Source: an uncultured Verrucomicrobiae bacterium
GTDB lineage: Bacteria > Verrucomicrobiota > Verrucomicrobiia > Chthoniobacterales > Chthoniobacteraceae
Direction of reading: 5' to 3'
Assembly (NCBI GenBank): GCA_963769025.1
Contig: CAVYKI010000001.1
Coordinates: forward strand, 1 to 26,104
DNA: 26,104 nt
The notes beneath the pieces were generated by a model that was not told the DNA's origin, made no database searches, and saw only the letters and a program-made list of their open reading frames with translations. This document shows, piece after piece, positions 19,214 through 26,104 of this stretch. Made by a program: the position numbers and the translations under genes. The stretch's first letter is position 1, and each line of letters starts with the position of its first letter.

Positions 19214-20025
19214 CAGGGGCGGGGAGAAATTTTCCAGTGCGTGAAGTCGCACACCACGATGATTTTTGCGCCGACAAACGCGACATGCAGATCGCCCGTC
19301 GCCTGACCGACGCCCACGACCGCCGTGCCTCCCGCGAGTTTGAATTTCACCGCCTGCGTGTTTCCGGGCGCGGGGATGACCTGCTGCGGCACGGCTGAAA
19401 TGCGCGAGGCGTACGGCAGGTTCACGGCGACCTTCAGCTCGGATGTTTCGCCCAGCACCGCGCTCCGCAGCGAGTATTTCTGGTCCGCGAAACCCTTCAC
19501 TTTCCCGAAGCCCGTCAGCGAATACTCCCACGGTTTGCCGAACCGATCGCGCCATGGCGGCTGCGGCTGTGCCTTCAGTTTCGGATGCGCCGCGAGTTGC
19601 TCGAGCGTCTTCGGGTAGGCGATCTCCTTGCGGTAATACGCCTGCAGCGCCGGCAGCACCCGCTCGCGATCCGCTCGCGTCATCCAGCCCAGCGCCAGCC
19701 GGCGCGCGCCGTCGTTCACCGGCCCCGGCGGCAAGGCGAGATCCGCCTCGAACATCTGCAGCGCCTCGGTCTGCTGGCCCGCGCGCAACATCCGCCACTC
19801 CTCAAATCCGCGCACCACCGGCAGCAGCGGATCACCGGCGTGCGCCTTCGCAAATTCCCGGCACGCCGTGATCACCGCCCCGTGATCGTCCGGCGTTTCC
19901 ATCTGCAGCTTCCACAGCTCCAGCAGCGCATCCTCCTCCGCCGCGTGCGCAGAAATGCAGCAGATCAAAACCGCGCAGGCGAGCAGCAGAAAACCCGGGC
20001 GCCGTTCGAGCCGCAGGCGATTCAA
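19213..20025 (-). CDS. Hypothetical exported helical-repeat protein, ~270 aa
   Basis: TTG start at 20025 overlaps the upstream TGA and is preceded by GGAGG; signal peptide ending AHA-AEE; continuous ORF. Confidence 0.65.
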   Translation of the reverse strand: MNRLRLERRPGFLLLACAVLICCISAHAAEEDALLELWKLQMETPDDHGAVITACREFAKAHAGDPLLPVVRGFEEWRMLRAGQQTEALQMFEADLALPPGPVNDGARRLALGWMTRADRERVLPALQAYYRKEIAYPKTLEQLAAHPKLKAQPQPPWRDRFGKPWEYSLTGFGKVKGFADQKYSLRSAVLGETSELKVAVNLPYASRISAVPQQVIPAPGNTQAVKFKLAGGTAVVGVGQATGDLHVAFVGAKIIVVCDFTHWKISPRP

Positions 20026-20688
20026 CGCTGGCCGCCCTCCTTCGTCCCGCCCGCTGCGCGCTGCTGCTTCCGCTTTGCGATTTCCTTTTCCAAAAATTCC
20101 ATCCACCCCTTCGGGCCGCCTTCCGCCAGCACCTTGTCGCGATGCACCAGCAGGTCGCGGTCGCGGAATTCCACCTTCACGGGCCGCGGTCCCTCGGTGT
20201 AGCTGTAAAACGTCGCCCCGGGATTCACCTCGCCGAGCAGTTCCTTGCCGACCTTCGGGCTCAGCCGATCCTTGTGCCGCACGATGGTTTCACCGAGCAC
20301 GATGGCGTTTTTCGCCGGGTCAAATCCGCTGAGCTTGCCAGTCACCGCGATGGCGTCCCCGACTTTGGAGACCGGGTCGCGATCTCAGCAGCGAAAGCGA
20401 CACCGGCATCGTGATGGTGAATTTCACATCGAGATACGATGACGGCTCGAACGCCGTGATGCGCACACCGTCGCGTCCTTCTTCCTTCACCGGTTCCATT
20501 TCCATGATCTGCAGGTAGCGGAAGAAATGCGGCCTGCCTTGTGCATCATCAACGACGGCCTTCCTCGCCGCGGGACTTTTCGCCTCGGCGAATGCGAGCG
20601 CGAACTCGTTGCCATTGGAGGTCGCCGCCGTCCCGACGGTAATCAGCGAAAGCCACACCACGGTGAAAAGAACAGCGTGCCTGTTCAT
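20022..20688 (-). CDS. Hypothetical exported protein, ~221 aa after correcting one +1 frameshift near 20385
   Basis: The signal-peptide ORF 20320-20688 joins ORF 20022-20345 via DPVSKVGDAIAVTGKL; 7 bp from the DUF4159 stop. Confidence 0.65.
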
Positions 20689-20695
20689 GCGATGC

Positions 20696-22099
20696 CTAGT
20701 GCGTCACCGAATACATCATCACATTCTGCCCCATCTGGATCGCGCCCACGTCGTTGATTCCGCGCGCGTAGGGCGACTGGCTCATCTCCCAGCCTCCCGA
20801 CAGGCCGAGCGGGCTGTAGATCACGCCGAAGTTCCCGTTGATCTGGATGCCAAACAGCACCGGCTCCGTCCGCGCCTGGCCGGTCTCCTGCATGAGCGCC
20901 GGCGTCACGCCGACTGCGGTGATGTTGTTCGGTTCCTTGAAAAGCGGCGCCGTCACCGGAATGCGCGCCAGCGGTTTGTCCGGCAGCACCGAGCGGATCA
21001 TCTCGCGAAAGGACTGGTCGAATCCCTTCCGCCCGCAACACGCCTCGCCGAAAAGGAAGCCGCCATTCTCCAGGTACTTTTTCAGCGCCGCCTTTTCCTC
21101 CGCCGAAAGCTGAAACGACTCGTGGCCGGTCATGTAGATCACCGGGCAGTTAAGATGCGCCGGGTCCGTCAGCCGCAGTTCCTTCAGCCCGAATTTCACC
21201 GGGATGCCCGTGCGTGCGTTGAACGTCTGCAGCATCACCGAAAGCCCTGCGTGCCGCGTCTTCCACACGCCGTCGTACTGCACCTGCGCCACCGATACCG
21301 TGTCCGAGTACGACTGAAGCTTGTCCACAAAGCTCATCGCCTGCGCCGCGTTCTTCGCCCATGCGCGCATCGCCGAGGCGTAGGAGAGAATGTTGACGCC
21401 GAGCCGGAAGGCGGAGTCCGGCTTGTAGGCCTGCCACTCGTCCTTCACCTCGCCCTGCCAGCCCACGGCCATGCACCAGCGCGAGACCAGCGCGACGACG
21501 CGGCAATTCACCTCGATCCCGTCGAACCACGGCTCGTTGCCCTTGTAGCCCGAGGCGGCGACCGCCTTCGCGTATTCGACGCGATCCACATCGTAGTGCG
21601 AATGAAAAATGGGGTGATCGGGAGCCAGCTTTTGCAGCGGTTGCTCGGGGAAGATTTGCTTCAGCTCCGCGACCACCGAATCGTAAAACGGCTTCGAGCC
21701 GAGCCCGGTATTGTAGATGATCATGCCGCCGTTCAGCAGGTATTTCCGCAGCTTCGCGCGCTCCGCCGGGGTGTAGGAAAAATGATAGTGGCCCGACCGG
21801 AAGAGCACCGGGTTTTTCTCCGGATCCTCGCTGACCTGCGCCAGCGTCCGGATGTCCATCTGGAAGTTCGCATCCGTCTGCGACTTCATGGTCTTCAGCA
21901 GGTTGTTCACGTCATTCGGCGTGGCGTTCCAATATACGTCCGGCCCGTAGAGATCCTTGCCGGTCTGCGCGCACACTTCATGCGAAAACAACGCCGCAAG
22001 GACCGCTGCGATGAGCATTGGAACGACCCTGCCAAAGGCCGAAACGAGCCGTGCCCGGATGGGAAGCCGGCGCAGGCATTCGAAGGGGGATTTGCACAT
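20696..22099 (-). CDS. Tandem DUF4159 domain protein, exported; start at 22099 or 22018
   Basis: Two repeats: PVLFRSGH..ERAKLRKYLLNGG..LAPDHPIF and PVIYMTGH..EKAALKKYLENGGFLFGEACCG..F; C-terminal MGQNVMMYS; signal-like LIAAVLAALF..VCA-Q. Confidence 0.88.
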   Translation of the reverse strand: MCKSPFECLRRLPIRARLVSAFGRVVPMLIAAVLAALFSHEVCAQTGKDLYGPDVYWNATPNDVNNLLKTMKSQTDANFQMDIRTLAQVSEDPEKNPVLFRSGHYHFSYTPAERAKLRKYLLNGGMIIYNTGLGSKPFYDSVVAELKQIFPEQPLQKLAPDHPIFHSHYDVDRVEYAKAVAASGYKGNEPWFDGIEVNCRVVALVSRWCMAVGWQGEVKDEWQAYKPDSAFRLGVNILSYASAMRAWAKNAAQAMSFVDKLQSYSDTVSVAQVQYDGVWKTRHAGLSVMLQTFNARTGIPVKFGLKELRLTDPAHLNCPVIYMTGHESFQLSAEEKAALKKYLENGGFLFGEACCGRKGFDQSFREMIRSVLPDKPLARIPVTAPLFKEPNNITAVGVTPALMQETGQARTEPVLFGIQINGNFGVIYSPLGLSGGWEMSQSPYARGINDVGAIQMGQNVMMYSVTH

Positions 22100-22204
22100 G
22101 GAAATCTGTTTGCTTCGGAGGGCGTTTAGGGGAAACTCGAACCGACGCAAGCCTACCTGTGCCGAGCCGCAGGGCAAGACGTTCCAACCCCATTCCCCGC
22201 GCAC

Positions 22205-22495
22205 ATGAAAAACGCCACCGCGAAGAAAGTCATGAGCTCAGCGCTCGCCGCGACGCTCTGCACCGGCACCCTGCTTTCGAATGATGGCACGGGTGAAAAG
22301 GGATTCGTCGCGCCGCCCCGGGAAATGAAGAAGCCGCCGGCGCCGCCGCGTGTCGCGTCCTCAGCCGAAACGGTCCTCGCGTGCTGCTGCTGCCCGGTCA
22401 CTCCCATGTCGCGCACCGAGGCGAAGAAGCCGCCGCAACCCCCCGTCCTGATCACGAAGATCAAGGAGGAGAGCGCCGGCACCGGCAAAAAGTAG
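22205..22495 (+). CDS. Small Pro/Lys-rich protein with a CCCC motif, 96 aa
   Basis: ATG start; basic then hydrophobic N-terminus; mostly G/C-ending codons; first gene of the plus-strand arm, 26 bp before the next start. Confidence 0.7.
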   Translation: MKNATAKKVMSSALAATLCTGTLLSNDGTGEKGFVAPPREMKKPPAPPRVASSAETVLACCCCPVTPMSRTEAKKPPQPPVLITKIKEESAGTGKK

Positions 22496-22521
22496 CAAGC
22501 CGTTTGCGCCGGTTCCCCGCG

Positions 22522-24781
22522 ATGCCCGGAAGCTCCGCCGCCCGTCGCACCGTCGCGTGGTTCGGCGTCGCGCTGCTCCTCTCCCTCCTCCACCTGCACG
22601 CCGCTGGCGACTGGCAGGTCCCCGAGGCGCCGCTGCGTTACAGGCTCGATCTTACCAAGAAGCCCACGCATGCCAGCGCCGGATATTTTGTCACACCTGC
22701 CGGATGGCGGCATTTTCCGCGGCAACACGCCGGCGACCACGGTCGTGACGGACGACGGCAAGGTGCTCCCCAGCTATCTCCTCTGGAACAGTGCCGAGAG
22801 CGGCTTTTCGATCGTCTTCGCCGATCCCGGCAGCCAGGCGCGATCGGCAAATGTTTACACCCAGCCCGGTGCGGGCGCGCGGCTGTGGCGGCCAAATACC
22901 GGCCTCACGCCCAGCGCGATCCTCTGCACATTTCCCGGACGCGACAACCTCGGCTCCGCCCGCGCGCTCGCCAGCCTCGGGCGGGTGGATGCGGACGTCC
23001 ATTCCGCGAACGAAGCCGGCATCCTGCGGGCGCCCTTCAGCATCGGCGGGGACAGCACCGGACGGCCGCGCCCGGGCGCGTTCTACATGCTCTCGCATCT
23101 CGATGCGAAGGAAGCTGGCAGCTACTGGATCGCGCCGTTCATCCAAAGCGGCCAATGCGAGATCCTGATCGACGGCACGAAGATCAATCCCAAGGAGAAG
23201 TCGAAGGCATGGGGTGGGACCGGAGCGTCCGTCGACCTCACGAAGGGCCTCCACCGCGTCGAGGTCTTCCAGACCGCGCCGGGCACCGGCCCCTACTCGT
23301 CGAGCCAGCGGGACGGCGGGCTCATGTATCTCACGTGGCGCGCTCCCAGTGAGAAGCTCAAGCAGGTCGAATCCCGCGTCGTCAGCAGCTCCGAGATCGT
23401 CCGCTCCGGCACCTGCACTCTCACCGCCGTCGAAGCCCGCGATGGTGCGCCCGTCGCCGCAGGCGATCGCCCGGCCCGGCCTTACCTACTGGTTTGAAAA
23501 TGAGGAGCCGCTGATCATCTACGAGCTCAGCGCGCTCACCTCGGGCCAACCTGCCGGCGCGACCTACACGTGGACCTTTCCCGAAGGCGCGACGCTCGAA
23601 GGCGCGAAGATGCAGTGGATTTTTCCCGGCTTCCGAGACAGCAAGGTGAGGCTCACCGTCAAGGCCGGCCAAAGCATCTCCGTCGTGCATCGTCCCGTTC
23701 TTCGGATTCAGCACGCAGCAGACCAGCCTCGAAAACCCCGCGCATCGCAAGGCCTTCCGCGACACCCTCGCCGGAATGCTCGGGGCGTTCCCGCGCAATC
23801 CCAATCCGATCACGAATTGGAGCGATGCGTGGTGGAACAACCTCCTCCGCACTGTCGAGGGCGGCGAAGGCGAGGCGCTCCTGCTGCGTCTTTTCACCGA
23901 TCATTTCGATGCGGCCCGCAAGAAACTCACGCCTGCCCAGCGCTACGTTCTGGAGGATGTTTTTCTCGACCTGACGCTCCGCGACAATCCCGGAGAGAAC
24001 TTCAAGTGGCTGCAAAAATTCTTCGCCGCCACGCCCGAGCCTGAGCGCCAGAACGAGCTGCGACTTCCGCGAGGGCGAACTGCACATGTATTACCTCGGC
24101 GACCGCCCGCAGGCCGAAAAAATCTTCACCGCGCTCGCCGCCGGCCGCGCCCAGATCGGCGAACGCGCAAAGATCCGCCTCGGCGACCTCGCCTTCCTCG
24201 GCGGCGATCTCAACAAGGCCACCGGCTATTACGCCGACATCCAAAACCGCGCCCGCTCGGCGCGGAACGCCGCCCCCGCCCTTCCCGGCGGGCTCGTGAC
24301 CAATCAGCTCCTCGAAGCCGGCCAAAGCCGCCCGGCTACGCCCGCGCCGCCGCAGAAAACCGGCGCCGCGGCCGATCAAAAAGGCGGTGCCCTGCAGGAA
24401 GTGTCGCTCTCCGAAAACGTCCGCACGCTCACCGAAAACAATTTTTTCCTCGAAGCCCGCCAGGGCCTGCTCGCTTGGGAAAACGAATTCCCGCTCAGCA
24501 AAATCAGCGGCGACTACATTCTCGGCGAATCCGCCCTCTACATGAAAATGCAGGACTGGAAACGCGCCCAGCCGATGCTCGAGGCTTACTGCCGCGAGAT
24601 CGACGCCTCCAGCTTTCTCCCGGACGCCGCGTCCATGCTCATCACCTGCGTCACCGCGTCGAAGGCGCCGCCCGCCTCCATCCGCGAGATCATCGAGAAA
24701 GTGAAAGGCCGGCTCAAATATCATCCCGTCGCCAGCCAGCTCGACAAATTCCTTTCCACCGCCGGCCCCCCGGCAAAATAG
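22522..24781 (+). CDS. Large exported protein with PA14-like, PKD-like and TPR-like regions, ~751 aa after correcting four +1 frameshifts (~22694, ~23462, ~23684, ~24068)
   Basis: Signal peptide (LHA-AGDW); ILIDG..VDLTKGLHRVE..LTWRAP (PA14-like); TYTWTFPEG (PKD-like); AKIRLGDLAFLGGDLNKATGYY (TPR-like). The 2260-nt span minus 4 bases is a multiple of 3. Confidence 0.7.
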
Positions 24782-24787
24782 GCCTGC

Positions 24788-25504
24788 ATGGCACTCCGCA
24801 TTCTCCTCCTCGCCCTCCTGTTTGCCGGCACCGCGTTCTCCCAAAACGCCCCCGAGCGCACGCGGCTCTACACCAAGCCCGACCCCGCGAACACCGGCGG
24901 ACTCAAGGGCCGCATCGCCAATCCCGTCCTCCCCATCGAACAGATCCTCGCCATTCCCGCGGAAAACCCGGAGGAAGTTTACCAAGGCGAGATCTCCGGA
25001 TCGCAGCGCACCGCGTTCGAGTTCAAGGGACTCCCGGTCGGAAAATACGATCTCATCGTCATCTACCCCGCCGCCTTTTACGAGGGACTCCGGCTGAACC
25101 GCGACGCGAGCACGCTCACCACGGATGACCTGCAGAAGATCGAAACGACGATCCAGAAATCCGAGCCATTTTTTACGAAGCGGATCGTCCACCGCGTCGA
25201 GGGCGAATCCGGTCGCGGCAATATGGCGCGCGCCCTCGTCACCTATTTCCGTGAAAAAGGTTCCGAGCTGTTGCTGGAAACGTTCGAGGGAAAATCCAAC
25301 CGCCCCGATTTCCGCCGCACCTTCAAGCTCGTGCTCCTCAAGGACGTCGGACCCGGCTGGCAGATCGCCCGCGCACGCGATCTCTACCCCGTGTGGGTGA
25401 ATCCGAAGGGCACGCTGCCCGTTCACAAGTTCAGCGCGGCCCTGAGTCAATTTCGCGTAGCCGATCAAATCAAAGACCTCGGCGATCTCGACCTCACCCG
25501 CTAA
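24788..25504 (+). CDS. Hypothetical exported protein with a carboxypeptidase-regulatory-like beta-sandwich, 238 aa
   Basis: Signal peptide (AFS-Q); [20 protein letters not shown]. Confidence 0.75.
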   Translation: MALRILLLALLFAGTAFSQNAPERTRLYTKPDPANTGGLKGRIANPVLPIEQILAIPAENPEEVYQGEISGSQRTAFEFKGLPVGKYDLIVIYPAAFYEGLRLNRDASTLTTDDLQKIETTIQKSEPFFTKRIVHRVEGESGRGNMARALVTYFREKGSELLLETFEGKSNRPDFRRTFKLVLLKDVGPGWQIARARDLYPVWVNPKGTLPVHKFSAALSQFRVADQIKDLGDLDLTR

Positions 25505-25533
25505 AGCCGGTTCCCTCGCCAACCCCACTTTTT

Positions 25534-26104
25534 ATGGCCGAAATCGAATTCAAATCAGGTCCCATCGCCGGGCGCAGCGTCAAGCTCACTGCGAAGAGCT
25601 ACAAACTCGGACGCAAGCACGACCTCGACCTCACACTCGAAGACGGCATGACGTCCGGCGAACACGCCGAGCTCCACTTCGCGGATGGTGTTTGGAAGGT
25701 CGTGGATCTGGGCAGTTCCAATGGCACCTGGCTCAACGAATCCAAGATTTCCTCCGCCGCCCTTTCCGACGGCGACCTCGTCCAGATCGGCGGCAGCACG
25801 TTCACATTCTATGCCGATGCCACGCCGGCGGGCGGCGTGGACAAACCACCCATGGCGAGCTCCGACGAGCTCGCACTCGTCGAGCAGATGCGCGACCGTG
25901 CAAATCAGATCCGGCGCGAAGTCGGGAAGGTGATCGTCGGCCAGCTCGACGTACTTGACCAGGTCCTTATGTGCATTTTGGCAAATGGCCACGCGCTCCT
26001 CATCGGGCTCCCCGGCATGGCGAAGACGCTCATGGTCCGCACCATCGCGCAGGTGCTGAATCTGAAGTTCAAGCGCGTGCAGTTCACCCCCGACCTCATG
26101 CCGG
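25534..26104 (+). CDS. moxR: FHA domain-MoxR AAA+ ATPase fusion (3' end truncated by the window; absent from the ORF track)
   Basis: Manual translation from ATG 25534: [33 protein letters not shown] (FHA), in frame with [32 protein letters not shown] (MoxR Walker A and signature). Confidence 0.93.
   Translation, partial: MAEIEFKSGPIAGRSVKLTAKSYKLGRKHDLDLTLEDGMTSGEHAELHFADGVWKVVDLGSSNGTWLNESKISSAALSDGDLVQIGGSTFTFYADATPAGGVDKPPMASSDELALVEQMRDRANQIRREVGKVIVGQLDVLDQVLMCILANGHALLIGLPGMAKTLMVRTIAQVLNLKFKRVQFTPDLMP

Noticed and set aside
22382..22393. (TGC)4 as a phase-variable simple repeat
   Set aside because: Only four units and in frame; better explained as four Cys codons.

Overview
GC-rich bacterial DNA; gene content suggests the PVC superphylum (Verrucomicrobiota/Planctomycetota-like, inferred). 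Most of the window is a MoxR/VWA-type cluster arranged in two divergent arms. The minus arm is tandem DUF4159, two exported hypotheticals, DUF58, BatA-VWA, VWA/GATase-like, a CBM-like protein and a 1192-aa DUF4175-like protein. The plus arm is a 96-aa Cys4/Pro-rich peptide, a PA14/PKD/TPR-like protein, an exported protein and an FHA-MoxR fusion cut by the window edge. A sulfatase/APC permease/beta-helix/orphan block interrupts the minus arm between DUF58 and BatA. Downstream of the minus arm, past a REP-doublet-like palindrome, is a tightly coupled triad: a lipoprotein-type SagB/ThcOx flavin dehydrogenase, a degenerate OYE-PreT/GltD-like Fe-S flavoprotein fusion and a stand-alone YcaO. The main hypothesis (inference) is a YcaO/SagB backbone-modification module linked to the MoxR-VWA machinery, with the CCCC peptide as a candidate substrate. 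About ten single-base frameshifts between 13.0 and 24.1 kb look like sequencing errors.
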